Assembly (NCBI GenBank): GCA_030433295.1
Contig: JAUIMJ010000001.1
Coordinates: 1 to 55,510 of the forward strand
Length of the DNA stretch: 55,510 bases
Reading direction: 5' to 3'
Origin: a bacterium
GTDB taxonomy: Bacteria > Bdellovibrionota_C > UBA2361 > SZUA-149
The notes under the pieces are model-generated. The model worked only from the letters and a program-made list of their open reading frames with translations, was not told the DNA's origin and ran no database searches. The stretch's first letter is position 1, and each line of letters opens with the position of its first letter. The position numbers and the translations under genes were made by a program. This document shows, one piece after another, positions 8,447-18,119 of the stretch.

Positions 8447-10027
8447 CTATAGCCGATACTCGACCAGGCGCTGGGCTGATGAAAACTGCTGGTTGAAGAT
8501 GAGATCTGCTGCCTGTGTTGCCTGCGTGTATTCAAGTTCACTTATTTTTCCCTCACTGAGGAATTGTCGGGCGCGCATAATGACATCGTCCGGTGAGCGA
8601 AAGCCTACCTGGCTATAGAGGGCAAGCATGTTATTTGCGCTTTGCTGGAAGTTAGCGTCGCTGAAATCTCTGCTGTTTTGCGATATCGCAGCATTGGTGA
8701 AATAGCCGCCCATCTGGTCTGCGACAGAGTCATTTTGCGATGAGCTACCGAACAAGAGACGGCTTAGGGTAGTGCCGGCAATACTTATCGTAAAATCCAG
8801 ATTATTGGTGTAATCGATATCAAATGGCTGCATCTTGTCCCGTGCGTAGGGGTTGTCGCCAATCAGACTCTTGTCGAACCACTCGCGGTCGTAGCGATCG
8901 TCAATTCCGATGTCGTATTTGGACCCGTCGGCGAGAGTTAATTGATACTGCTCGTCAATTATCCCCGCCTCCTGTAGTGCCGAACGATAGACATCGCGTT
9001 CCTTCTGTTCCGGATCCTTCCCGGAATTGAACTGGGCAAGTGCAAGTCCGGCGACCGCGCCTACTCCGGCGCCAATGAGGGTTCCGACCGGGGAGAAGGC
9101 ACTTCCGATGGTGGCACCTATAGTTGCCCCGTCAATAGCCCCTTGTTCATTGGAGAGCGACCCGAAGTTGTCGATGATGTCGTATGCAGCGTATGCCGAT
9201 GCAGCGTATGAGGCTACTGCGCCGAGCGGACCGGCTACCTGCCCAAGCGCACTTGAGGTACTGGTGCTTCCGATTTGTGCGGAGGCGTTCTGTCCCAGGC
9301 GAGCGGCAAAGGCGCCCAGTTCGGCTCCGCCAACGACTTGCTGAATGCTGTTCAGATCATCAAAGTTATCTATATATGAGATGCTGGAGACGAGGCCGTT
9401 GACATAGGGTGCAAAAGAGCCAAGTGCCTCGTCAATGTTGTCGGCCAGGGGGTCAACACCTAGTCGATCGAGAATTTGCGTACTCTGTTGAAGTCCGTTT
9501 ACGAGGAATGCCCCCTGCTGTGCCGTGCTCATCGCATCGAAGTTCTGTATGCCGTACAGCAATCCGATACTTTGATTTAGTAACTGGAGGTCAGTCGGCC
9601 TCTGAGTGCCCGGTGCCTGTTGTTGTCCTGTTGAGCCGGAAGCAAGGCGCTCGCTGTTTCTCAGGATTCCACCGACAAGTGAGACGGTTTGCAGGGTGGT
9701 CGACAGCCGTTGGGTATCACTCAGCCTGTCCCATTGTGAGAGCCGTTGTATTTGACCGACGAGGACCCGCTCCAATTTTTGAGCGGTACTCGCCTGTGAG
9801 GGTCTGAAGGAGGCATTTGGTCTGCCAGCCGCGTCTGCGGGCAGGGCCGATCGCTGGTAGACCGAGTTCTGTGCAAAGAGTTGATTGAGTGCCTGAGCCG
9901 GATCGCTGAAGCGGAGCTGTATACCATTACTGGATTTTTGTGCGGTCGCGTTCGAGTCGTTCTGCGCGGAGGGCGCAGCTACGTACTGCGTTGGAATAAA
10001 AAGCTGATTCTGATAGACGTTACTCAT
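8447..10027 (-). CDS. Hypothetical Gln/Ser/Gly/Ala-rich protein with a central glycine-zipper hydrophobic segment
   Basis: 526-aa ORF with no recognisable signal peptide. Glycine-zipper-like stretch GATIGATIGSAFSPVGTLIGAGVGAVAGLALA. No family recognised. Confidence 0.6.
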   Translation of the reverse strand: MSNVYQNQLFIPTQYVAAPSAQNDSNATAQKSSNGIQLRFSDPAQALNQLFAQNSVYQRSALPADAAGRPNASFRPSQASTAQKLERVLVGQIQRLSQWDRLSDTQRLSTTLQTVSLVGGILRNSERLASGSTGQQQAPGTQRPTDLQLLNQSIGLLYGIQNFDAMSTAQQGAFLVNGLQQSTQILDRLGVDPLADNIDEALGSFAPYVNGLVSSISYIDNFDDLNSIQQVVGGAELGAFAARLGQNASAQIGSTSTSSALGQVAGPLGAVASYAASAYAAYDIIDNFGSLSNEQGAIDGATIGATIGSAFSPVGTLIGAGVGAVAGLALAQFNSGKDPEQKERDVYRSALQEAGIIDEQYQLTLADGSKYDIGIDDRYDREWFDKSLIGDNPYARDKMQPFDIDYTNNLDFTISIAGTTLSRLLFGSSSQNDSVADQMGGYFTNAAISQNSRDFSDANFQQSANNMLALYSQVGFRSPDDVIMRARQFLSEGKISELEYTQATQAADLIFNQQFSSAQRLVEYRL

Positions 10028-10347
10028 AGCGAGATTCCTTTTACTTTTGTGCTCCCTGCATCTCTGTCACCTTTTTGTCCTGCGTTTCTGCACCCGACGG
10101 CTTTCTGATTGATGGGCACGGCGAGATACCCGCCGGGGCCTCCGCTGGGGCCAGGCTCCTGGGCGCTGGAGTACTCAAACTATATGGCTGTAGGGTAATC
10201 GCTGAGAACCTCGGAAATGTTGCGCGTTCTGCTGTTTTTTTTTGTTTTCTCAGAGGCGTTCTGCTTTGATATTGACGTTTGCACAGTATCTGCCCATGTC
10301 GGGGGGCAGAGAGAGACGAAGCTGCCTTGCCTCCGGGGGGATGAGAA

Positions 10348-10794
10348 TTGATTGAGTATGTAAATTTTCTGGTGTTTCAAACTATTGCGATGGCGCTTAC
10401 GGCCTTGCTTCTGCCTCGCCTCGAGATTACCAACGTCTTCGGGGCCCTGGGGGCAGTACTGACTCTGGCGCTCATTAACGCAACGCTATGGGATGCGGCT
10501 CTCTTTTTTAGTCTTCCGGATTCGGTATCGCTTAAGATGTTTGTGCTCTTGCTCATCAATGGAGTCTTGTTCTGGATCGTTGCCAAGGTTCTACCGGGAA
10601 TTGAAGTGGAGGGCCTGGCTCCGGCACTTGCGGCTCCGATAGTGTTTACCATTTGCAGCACGCTGATTGATCGCTACGGTCGGAATGTCGACTGGGTCGA
10701 AGTGTACCGCTTTGTGGAAACGGTATTTTCAGGATTGCGCGACTATGTAAGCGAAGCACCGGCTAGCCCCGATACGCCGAGCCCGCCCCCATAG
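10348..10794 (+). CDS. Phage-holin family IV (DUF360/YvlD-like) small membrane protein
   Basis: Four hydrophobic helices with the layout and motifs typical of PF04020 (LLPRLEI.., LLINGVLFWIVAKVLPGIEVEG). The start is a TTG and is uncertain. Confidence 0.55.
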   Translation: MIEYVNFLVFQTIAMALTALLLPRLEITNVFGALGAVLTLALINATLWDAALFFSLPDSVSLKMFVLLLINGVLFWIVAKVLPGIEVEGLAPALAAPIVFTICSTLIDRYGRNVDWVEVYRFVETVFSGLRDYVSEAPASPDTPSPPP

Positions 10795-10875
10795 GCTTCT
10801 GCACGTAGGATATTGTCATCACCGAATCGAAGGAGGGCGCTTCGGGTGTGGCTTCCGTCGGCGAATGTTGGGAAG

Positions 10876-11499
10876 CTAGTCCATTAGCAGAAGCTCGAGA
10901 TGCAGCTTGTATTGCTCCATCTGCTTTGCGGCGAGTTCTGGCTCTTCAAGTACCTTAACCTGCACGAAGGAGCCTTCAAGTATACTTATCAACATATCGG
11001 CGAGAGTTTCCGCTGAAGTTTTTGCTGCGGTGTGTACGCTTCGCGCCTGTGCGTCAAAGGCATCCTGGATCATTTTCCCGACCCGAATCCTCCAGTAGAG
11101 CAAGCCTTCAGCGACAATCGCATTGGCGTCCTCAGGAATTGCCCCTTTCTGGTAAGAGAAGGCAGCAAAGAGGCATCCTGACCAGGGCGTCTCAAGTCCC
11201 TTGAGTTCATCTATCAGACAGTCGACAAGGGCAAGCAGCCGCGCTCTCGGGGTGTCATGCTCCGCCTCTACTCTGGCTATCAGCGTATCCAGATGGTTGC
11301 AGTCTCTCTCACAATAGCGAGAGATAAGCTCCGTGCAGAGCTCTTTCTTATTCGAGAAGTGATGAAAAAAGGAACCCTTAGTAAGTCCCAGCGATGATAC
11401 GATTGCGTCAATTGAGGTTCCGGCCACACCACGATCGAGAAAGAGAAGCTCAGCTTCGTCGAGTATATTGTTCCTTGATTCGTTGACTTTGTTTTGCAT
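10876..11499 (-). CDS. TetR/AcrR-family transcriptional regulator
   Basis: N-terminal HTH ILDEAELLFLDRGVAGTSIDAIVSSLGLTKGSFFHHFSNKKEL. ATG at 11499 is preceded by GAGGG. Confidence 0.9.
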   Translation of the reverse strand: MQNKVNESRNNILDEAELLFLDRGVAGTSIDAIVSSLGLTKGSFFHHFSNKKELCTELISRYCERDCNHLDTLIARVEAEHDTPRARLLALVDCLIDELKGLETPWSGCLFAAFSYQKGAIPEDANAIVAEGLLYWRIRVGKMIQDAFDAQARSVHTAAKTSAETLADMLISILEGSFVQVKVLEEPELAAKQMEQYKLHLELLLMD

Positions 11500-11860
11500 G
11501 AGGAGCCCTCTTTGCTGACATATCAATTGGTATGGTCCCGCCTCCTCTAATTTCTGTCAATTGAAAAAGGGAGGAGCTCATGAGTTGAGCAGAAAAGCTC
11601 TTGTTCTTTTGATCCGATCCTGAGAGTCCCGAATAGGGCCCTACCTTGCCGGACCTTTGGCATCTGTATGAAGCGTCTTCCTTACCGCGCTTGCTAAGAT
11701 CCTGTAATCCTTAGTGACTGTCGGAGGATGCGAATCTTCTGTTTTGCCGCCTGCGCAGAGCCCTTGCGCCTGAGGTGAATTTATTCCAGCATAGCACGTC
11801 ACTCAAGGTAGGAGCCGAAAGTGTCAAAAGGAAACGTAGCACGGCTCAGGTTCTCCGATT

Positions 11861-11921
11861 AGTACCGAAGAGCAGTAGCACCGAAGAGCAGTAGCACCGA
11901 AGAGCAGTAGCATCGAAGAGA
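11861..11921. repeat. 16-nt tandem repeat (agtagcaccgaagagc), about 4 copies, ending at the RBS of the downstream gene
   Basis: Units at 11861-11873 (partial), 11874-11889, 11890-11905 (two perfect copies) and 11906-11921 (degenerate). Confidence 0.85.
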
Positions 11922-11935
11922 AGAGGAGTGCCTCG

Positions 11936-12433
11936 ATGGAAAATTGTACAGAACACAGAGACATGAAGATGGACGATGCAGGCCTTAGCCAAAGGTCTTT
12001 GACCGCCAGGGCATTTTCCGGTGTGGGAATCGGCCTTCTGCTTTTCGCTCTGGGAACTGTCTCAACGACGAGTTCCTCATTTGCAGAACCACAGGATACA
12101 GGGCAGGGGGGATTTGGTAGCTCATCCCGTTCTGAACATCGGGATCAGGAGATCGACGTGGATACCGTAAATAGCGACGCTACTTCGCAAGCCAATCCCC
12201 GGGGTCGCATGGACCACACAAAATGGGGCACCGTGAGTGCCGGAGACAAGTTCGGCTCGGTAAATTTTGATGCCCTGGAGAAGAATGTCGGGGCCGTGGT
12301 GGGAGCAATCGGTGACGAAATTAAACGCTCGACCGCCGGAAGCGCAGACGATGCTGCTGAGCAGGAGGGGAGTCCGTCGGAGGATGCCGGGCATGGCACT
12401 GCGGAAATCGACACCAACTCCGACCTGCCGTAG
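11936..12433 (+). CDS. Hypothetical acidic secreted or membrane-anchored protein
   Basis: AGGAG is upstream of the ATG. One hydrophobic segment (GVGIGLLLFALGTVSTTSSSFA) is followed by a D/E/S/G-rich low-complexity region. Confidence 0.5.
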   Translation: MENCTEHRDMKMDDAGLSQRSLTARAFSGVGIGLLLFALGTVSTTSSSFAEPQDTGQGGFGSSSRSEHRDQEIDVDTVNSDATSQANPRGRMDHTKWGTVSAGDKFGSVNFDALEKNVGAVVGAIGDEIKRSTAGSADDAAEQEGSPSEDAGHGTAEIDTNSDLP

Positions 12434-12508
12434 CTCTCAATACTCCTGATTCTCAAGATATTGGGCAGCCCGTCGGAGGTCGGTAGGCTGCTTCCTGTAT
12501 GCCCTCTC

Positions 12509-14266
12509 TTATATGCGGACCTGGTAGGTATACAACTCGTAGTATCTGCCTTTTTGCTCGATGAGGGTTTCGTGGTTTCCCCGTTCTATTATCTGTCCTT
12601 CTTCGACGACTAGAATCTGATCGGCTTTTTTAATCGTACTCAGGCGATGTGCGATAACCAAGGTCGTTCTGCCCTCCATTAGAGTCGAAAGACTTTTCTG
12701 GATATAGCGTTCACTCTCTGCGTCGAGGTTTGATGTTGCCTCGTCCAGTATAAGTATCTTTGGCTTTGCCAGAAGCGCCCGAGCGATAGCGATTCTCTGG
12801 CGCTGTCCTCCGGAAAGCTTAACGCCGCGTTCTCCAATCATTGTGTCCAGGCCATTTTCAAAACGCTGAGAGAATTCATCAACGTATGCAGAGGACACGG
12901 CCTCGAGGAGTTCTGATTCACCAGCCTCCGGGTTTGCATATTGAATGTTCTCACGAATCGTTCCCTCGAAAAGAAAGTCGTCCTGAAGTACGACGCCAAG
13001 TCTGGAGCGAAAGCTCTCCAGGGTAATCGTTCGCATGTCGGTATCGTCAGCGTATATTTTTCCTGATGTGGGGTTCAGGAAGGAAGCGGCAAGACTGGCC
13101 ATTGTGGTTTTTCCTGAGCCTGAGCTGCCTACGAGCGCGGTTACCGAGCCCGGTTTCGCGTGAAAAGAGATATCTCGTAATACATTGTCACCCTCCTGAT
13201 AGGCGAAGCTCACGTTCTCAAAGCGTAGATCTCCTCTCAGGTTATCAAGCGCACGTACTCGCTGTGGGTCCTCAGTCTCGGGCAGTTTTGAAAGCAGCTC
13301 ATCGGTTCTGTCCAGTCCGGCAAAGGCCTCGGTGATCTGTGTTCCGATATTTGCCATCTGGACAATAGGGCTCACCAGAAAGCCGAGAATCAGGGTGAAG
13401 GAGACGAATTCACCAACGGTGATTGCTCCTGTCTTTATTTGACCTGAGCCAATCGCCATCACCGCAACGCTGGTCAGACCGAGTAGCAGCACCGATGAGC
13501 TCGTAACAAGGCTGGTCGCAACAAGCGTGCGCTTAATGTTGTAGAAGAGCAATTCAACTCCGTCAGAAAATGCCTGGTATTCCTGCTCCTCAGCAAAAAA
13601 TCCCTTCACGACTCGTATTCCCCCCAGACTTTCAGTCAATCGACCGGTAACCTCCGAATGAATCTTTCTGCGTAAGCGGAAAATGGGGCGTATGTAGGCA
13701 AAGGCCTTTGAGGAGACCAGACCGAAGAGCGCAAGGGGCAGGAGGGCTATCGCAGTTAACGATGGACTGATTCCAAGAAGCAGGATAAGGGCAACGCACG
13801 ATTGGAAAACGCCTCCTATCAATTGGACGAGGCCTGTACCGACTAAGTTACGGACTCCCTCAACATCGTCCATTATACGGGAGACCAGGGTGCCCGATTT
13901 GTTTTCATCGAAAAAGCTTAGCGGTAGTACGAGCACGTGCTTTTGAATCTCCTTTCGCAAATCGGCGATGACCCGTTGTGCTTCTACGCTGAGCATCTGC
14001 GTGAGGGCAAAGGAGGATGTCGCATTAATGGTAACCGCAATTCCTAGGACCCAGAGGAGGGTGCTCAATGCGATGTTGTCCTTTAGGATTACGTCATCGA
14101 TGAAAATCTTGGCCGAGTAGGGAAGAATGATGGCACAGAATCGGCTTATTACTATGAGGACGATGCCGAGGATGATCAGCTTCATCCTGGGCAAGACGAG
14201 CTTTCTGAATACCTCACGAATGCTGCTCAGCTTTTTGTCATGCCTGACGGAATCTTGTTCGCTCAC
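12509..14266 (-). CDS. ABC transporter, fused permease/ATP-binding exporter (MsbA-like type)
   Basis: Six-helix TMD followed by Walker A GSSGSGKTT, signature LSGGQRQRIAIARAL and Walker B ILILDEATS. Start re-set to GTG 14266 (AGGAG 5 nt upstream), because the ORF-track TTG at 14383 lies in the T-tract of the upstream terminator. Confidence 0.9.
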   Translation of the reverse strand: MSEQDSVRHDKKLSSIREVFRKLVLPRMKLIILGIVLIVISRFCAIILPYSAKIFIDDVILKDNIALSTLLWVLGIAVTINATSSFALTQMLSVEAQRVIADLRKEIQKHVLVLPLSFFDENKSGTLVSRIMDDVEGVRNLVGTGLVQLIGGVFQSCVALILLLGISPSLTAIALLPLALFGLVSSKAFAYIRPIFRLRRKIHSEVTGRLTESLGGIRVVKGFFAEEQEYQAFSDGVELLFYNIKRTLVATSLVTSSSVLLLGLTSVAVMAIGSGQIKTGAITVGEFVSFTLILGFLVSPIVQMANIGTQITEAFAGLDRTDELLSKLPETEDPQRVRALDNLRGDLRFENVSFAYQEGDNVLRDISFHAKPGSVTALVGSSGSGKTTMASLAASFLNPTSGKIYADDTDMRTITLESFRSRLGVVLQDDFLFEGTIRENIQYANPEAGESELLEAVSSAYVDEFSQRFENGLDTMIGERGVKLSGGQRQRIAIARALLAKPKILILDEATSNLDAESERYIQKSLSTLMEGRTTLVIAHRLSTIKKADQILVVEEGQIIERGNHETLIEQKGRYYELYTYQVRI

Positions 14267-14400
14267 GAAATCTCCTGGAAGCTTGTTTTGCCGCGCTGGA
14301 ACATTCAGATTCGCGCCAGCGGTATTCCCGGCGATATTGTACGTCAGGCAGCGGTATTGGACTAATTCAAATGCCGGAAACAAAAAAACCCGCCAGGCGA

Positions 14401-14434
14401 ATTGCCTGGCGGGTTTAGCGGTGTGACCCGTATC
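14401..14434 (-). terminator. Rho-independent terminator downstream of the OmpA-family gene
   Basis: Perfect 11-bp stem (14408-14418 / 14424-14434) with a 5-nt loop, followed on the minus strand by seven T. Confidence 0.85.
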
Positions 14435-14441
14435 GTATCCC

Positions 14442-15422
14442 TTACTTGGACACGGGGACGCACTCTACACGACGGTTCTTAGCCCAGGCGGCTTCGTCGT
14501 GGCCCGGATCTGCAGGTCGCTCCTCTCCGTAGGATACAATGCGGAGCCGGCTTCCGTCGATACCAAGAGCTCGCAAAAATTCCTTTGCGGATTGCGCTCT
14601 GTTCTCTCCGAGTGCCAGGTTGTATTCGTCCGTACCGCGCTCGTCACAGTGGCCTTCCACAGTGATGGTAACATCAGGGTTGGCTTTCAAATACTCAGCG
14701 TTTTCAGTAAGACGAGCTTTTGACTCTTCTGTGAGAACAGAACGGTCGAAGTCGAAATACACTATGCGCATTGGATTCTCAGCTTTGGCATCAGCGCCTC
14801 CCTGGAAGGCTCCTGTTCCGTCACCGGAAGAGCTTGGCGTGTCGCCGAATCGGTATCCGAGCGAAACCAATACGTGGTGATTGATTTCTGTGTCGTGTCC
14901 GGCAGCTACAAGGCGATAGTCTCCGCGCGCAACCCAGTTGCGATTAATGCTGTAGCCAAGACCAAATCCCAGTCCACCAAAGGGATCAAAATGCTGGTCG
15001 TTCTCAAGAGAGTTAGAGGTGTACAGCACTCCCGCAGTAAGACCCAGTGTAGGATCCCAGGTGCGGCTCTTATCCGGATTCAGGTGGTAGAGCAGATCGA
15101 TTGCTGAGCGAAAGGCCTGTGTCTTGTCGAGATGCCACTCACCAGGATCACTCTGCGTTCTTGAGCGAGCGTCCATGTAAGGCAGATATCCGAGGCTTCC
15201 TTCGATAGTGAAGGATTCTGAGATATCGTAGCCCAGCTTTGTTTCGACAATCAGGCTGCTATTGAACTCCTCATCCGCTTCGAAGAAAAGAACTCCCGCG
15301 CCTAAGCCCGCGGTCCATCCCGAGTATACGTAGTTACTGTCTTCTGAGGCGAGTGCCGGGGTCGCGAACAATGTCGCAAGCAGTATGCACAGCATAGATG
15401 CACGGCCAATAGAACTCTTCAT
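14442..15422 (-). CDS. OmpA-family outer-membrane protein (N-terminal beta-barrel plus C-terminal OmpA/Pal-like peptidoglycan-binding domain)
   Basis: Signal peptide ending ..TPALA. C-terminal block YFDFDRSVL...[33 protein letters not shown]...GEERP. ATG at 15422. Confidence 0.9.
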   Translation of the reverse strand: MKSSIGRASMLCILLATLFATPALASEDSNYVYSGWTAGLGAGVLFFEADEEFNSSLIVETKLGYDISESFTIEGSLGYLPYMDARSRTQSDPGEWHLDKTQAFRSAIDLLYHLNPDKSRTWDPTLGLTAGVLYTSNSLENDQHFDPFGGLGFGLGYSINRNWVARGDYRLVAAGHDTEINHHVLVSLGYRFGDTPSSSGDGTGAFQGGADAKAENPMRIVYFDFDRSVLTEESKARLTENAEYLKANPDVTITVEGHCDERGTDEYNLALGENRAQSAKEFLRALGIDGSRLRIVSYGEERPADPGHDEAAWAKNRRVECVPVSK

Positions 15423-15719
15423 AATTTGCAAACTCCAGTTACTTAATAAAACGTCACAAATATAGACCGCCGGGTTTCGGGTCTCCTGAGCCTCTGCGGT
15501 CGGTGTAATTCGCTGATAGCACGGGGCTAAGTATGTAGAGTTATAATGGCATTCCCGGAAACAGTCCAGTGTTTCCGAGGTATTTATTGCGGGACAGAAG
15601 CGGCCTGAGCGGCCTGCGGGCCGCCCTGAAGTCGATTTTGTGGGGACTGTGGGGTTTTATGGGTCCCCCCTGACGGGTTTTCCTTCCGCTTCAGCTTCCG
15701 GGAGTCGGGGGGCGTCTGC

Positions 15720-16157
15720 TTAATGGGGTGGTGGTGGCGGAGCCTGAAATTCTTCCTGATGACGCTTTTTCCATTGCTCGCGCCGACGATCTCTCCATTG
15801 CTTCCGCCGTTTTTTGTGGCGCTTGATCATCTCCCGAAAGGTTATTTTCTGCTCCTCATTCAGAACGCTGAAAATTTCTTTTTGAGCTTCCTCCTGTATC
15901 GCCTTAAATCTCGGGCGGCTTTCTTTTCGCAGGCGCATTGCTTCGCCATGCTGCTTTTCGAGGATTACCCGAATCTGCTGGCTCTGCTCAGCGCTGAGAT
16001 CTAACTTTTCCTGAAGCTTCTCGATGAATCGAGGGCCCATGGCGTGATGTGGCTTGTGCATACGTCGATGCATCGAGAATCCTCGTACCGCATAGCCCGC
16101 GGCGAAAGCGGATATCAAGAGGACCGCGGGCAGTATGTAGCGAAGCAATGGTTTCAT
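15720..16157 (-). CDS. Periplasmic LTXXQ-motif (Spy/CpxP-family-like) protein
   Basis: Signal/TM MKPLLRYILPAVLLISAFAAG. Repeated L-x-x-x-Q motifs (LDLSAEQSQQI, LNEEQKITF). Basic C-tail. The ATG at 16157 is 1 nt after the upstream stop codon. Confidence 0.65.
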   Translation of the reverse strand: MKPLLRYILPAVLLISAFAAGYAVRGFSMHRRMHKPHHAMGPRFIEKLQEKLDLSAEQSQQIRVILEKQHGEAMRLRKESRPRFKAIQEEAQKEIFSVLNEEQKITFREMIKRHKKRRKQWRDRRREQWKKRHQEEFQAPPPPPH

Positions 16158-16158
16158 G

Positions 16159-16650
16159 TTACCCCTCGGAGTAGTCACTAAACAAAAATGTATCAGAACC
16201 CAGCGATTGAGAGCCGGCGTCGCTTTCAAAAAGCAGGGTTTCAATTGCGCTCGTTTCACTTTCGACGGTCGAAGTGTTCAGGGCAAGCTCGGTAGTGGAT
16301 TGAGAATCCGGGAAAATGAAGTCGGCCCCGGGTGCTACTACTGAGGTGAAGGCAATAACGAGCGCAGCCGTACAGGCGCCACTCAACCAATGCGCCTGGG
16401 AAAAGAGCTCTCCGAAGGAAAAGCCTTTTGCTCTCTCTCCTTCCTGCTCGTGAATTTTCTGCATGACGTCCGAGACGAAACGCTCCGACGGCTCGGGTGA
16501 GCTTTGCGCCAGGGTCAACTGCAGGGAGGCGAGGGAATCGACTTTGTGCGAGGAACTCTGGTCCTCGGCAATACGCTCCTCGATGATACGGCTCTCGGCC
16601 TCTGATAGTTCGCTATCACCGCGAAGAAATATATCGTCGTTCCTGCTCAT
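16159..16650 (-). CDS. Putative single-pass anti-sigma factor
   Basis: Immediately downstream of the ECF sigma gene. About 95-aa cytoplasmic N-domain, one TM (LSGACTAALVIAFTSVVAPG) and an acidic periplasmic tail. No zf-HC2 motif seen. Confidence 0.5.
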   Translation of the reverse strand: MSRNDDIFLRGDSELSEAESRIIEERIAEDQSSSHKVDSLASLQLTLAQSSPEPSERFVSDVMQKIHEQEGERAKGFSFGELFSQAHWLSGACTAALVIAFTSVVAPGADFIFPDSQSTTELALNTSTVESETSAIETLLFESDAGSQSLGSDTFLFSDYSEG

Positions 16651-16667
16651 GTCTTGTCGACTTCTTT

Positions 16668-17228
16668 CTATGTTGTTCCAAGTAAACGTTCTCGTACTTC
16701 AACCGCCTTTTTTCGGGCTCTCTTCAGCTTTGCTCGCACTGACTCAAGTGAGCAACCAAGCGTTTCGGCCAGTTCTGCGTAGCTAAGGCCCTGAGACTCT
16801 CGCAAAAGCAAAACGGAGCGGTATTCATCTGACATCCCGGATAAAATCTGCACAAGCTGTTGCCTGGTCTCAAGCGTTTCGCTGTCAGAAACTTCGTCCG
16901 CGATCTCCGGTATGGTGTCGAGGCCAAAAAACGAGCGCCTCTTTTGCTTCCTGCATTCGTCAATGCATCTGTTTGTCGCGATGCGATACAGCCAGGTTGA
17001 AAAGCTGGAGTCACTGCGAAACCCGGATAGCTTGACGTAAGCTTTGAGAAAAGTCTCCTGGGCAATGTCCTCTGCGAGACTGGGGTTTCGCAGCATCTGT
17101 GCACAGTAGCCTCGAATACGGGTTTCATATCTCCGAACCAGTTCCGCAAAAGCCTGATTTTTTCCCTCAAGACTAGCTGCAACAAGCTCCTCGTCGCTCT
17201 GGTCTTTGAAAAACAATGCCTGCGCCAT
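16668..17228 (-). CDS. ECF-subfamily RNA polymerase sigma-70 factor
   Basis: Region 2 (AEDIAQETFLKAYVKLSGFRSDSSFSTWLYRIATNRCID) and region 4 HTH (LSYAELAETLGCSLESVRAKLKRARKK). Confidence 0.9.
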   Translation of the reverse strand: MAQALFFKDQSDEELVAASLEGKNQAFAELVRRYETRIRGYCAQMLRNPSLAEDIAQETFLKAYVKLSGFRSDSSFSTWLYRIATNRCIDECRKQKRRSFFGLDTIPEIADEVSDSETLETRQQLVQILSGMSDEYRSVLLLRESQGLSYAELAETLGCSLESVRAKLKRARKKAVEVRERLLGTT

Positions 17229-17521
17229 CAGGGTACTATCCCAGGTAAACCTCTGTTTTGAGGTTCTCGCTTTTCTCCTGGGTTTTGACTCTCCGCAAGG
17301 TGTTTCATGTTGTGCTGTATCCTTGTCAGAGAGTCGCTACCCTCGATTAGCCATGGTGCATACTGCTCGCAGTATACTTGTTGTTTGCTCGCATCTTCGA
17401 TGCTCCAATATACCCATCCCTATGAAAGACTTTTCGACAACCTGGAAAGCATACTGGGATGAGTATATACCGCTGAGGCAGTCACTGTCATAGGTATCAT
17501 CGCGCTTTTTCTGCCTTGTTC

Positions 17522-17944
17522 CTAATCGTGATGATGCCCGCGATGCCCGCGCTTGCCGCGCTTCTTCCGACGTTCCTCGCGCTTCTCTTTCATCTTCTCA
17601 AGCTTTTCCCGTTGCTCGGGTGAGAGTAAAGCCGAAATCTCGGCGTGAACAGCGGCTCTGCGTTCTACCCGGCAGCGCTTCTTTTCAGAAAACTTTTCAC
17701 CCTTACATTTTGGTCCGGACTTGGCCTTCTTCAATATGTCATACACGGCGTCCGCCTGCTTGTCGCTGAGATCCAGCTTCTCCTGCATGCGATGAACGCG
17801 CATTTCAAGCCGGTGACCGTGCATCTTACCGGGTCCACCCTTGTCCCCCCCGGGCTCATCGTGAGCCAGGGCGATACCGGGAATGCCTAATGCTGCCACG
17901 AGTGCCAGGGTTAAAGTCGTTTTGATTAGACGTTTTTTGCTCAT
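17522..17944 (-). CDS. Periplasmic LTXXQ-motif (Spy/CpxP-like) protein with a basic, His-rich C-terminus
   Basis: Signal peptide MSKKRLIKTTLTLALVAALGIPGIALA. LDLSDKQADAV and LLSPEQREKL motifs. Tail ends RGHRGHHHD. GGAGAAAGAA precedes the ATG at 17944. Confidence 0.6.
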   Translation of the reverse strand: MSKKRLIKTTLTLALVAALGIPGIALAHDEPGGDKGGPGKMHGHRLEMRVHRMQEKLDLSDKQADAVYDILKKAKSGPKCKGEKFSEKKRCRVERRAAVHAEISALLSPEQREKLEKMKEKREERRKKRGKRGHRGHHHD

Positions 17945-18119
17945 TTCTTTCTCCAAATCTGTGAAAATTGTGATGCTGCCTTGCATTCTATAGAGGTCAG
18001 ACGCCAGCCTTCCAGAAAAGTGGCGCAAGGGAGAAAAAAATTATGCCTCTGGAGAAAGTATTTCCAGTCGTAATCCAGATTCCGGGCTGGAAGGCTGTTG
18101 GAAGCCATGCGCGATGAGA

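Noticed and set aside
11861-11921. Possible CRISPR array, considered for this repeat and for the other short tandem repeats at 36854, 47446 and 52710
   Set aside because: The units are directly abutting with no spacers, they are 15-24 nt long, and no cas genes are present.
14267-14383. ORF-track start of the ABC exporter at 14383
   Set aside because: That TTG lies inside the T-tract of the upstream intrinsic terminator. GTG 14266 with AGGAG upstream gives a normal-length exporter.
17229-17521. Autoregulated ECF promoter upstream of the sigma gene (GAAAC ... TCAAA on the minus strand)
   Set aside because: The spacing between the candidate -35 and -10 elements is too short (about 13 nt after AAC) compared with the known ECF architecture. 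It cannot be supported by eye.
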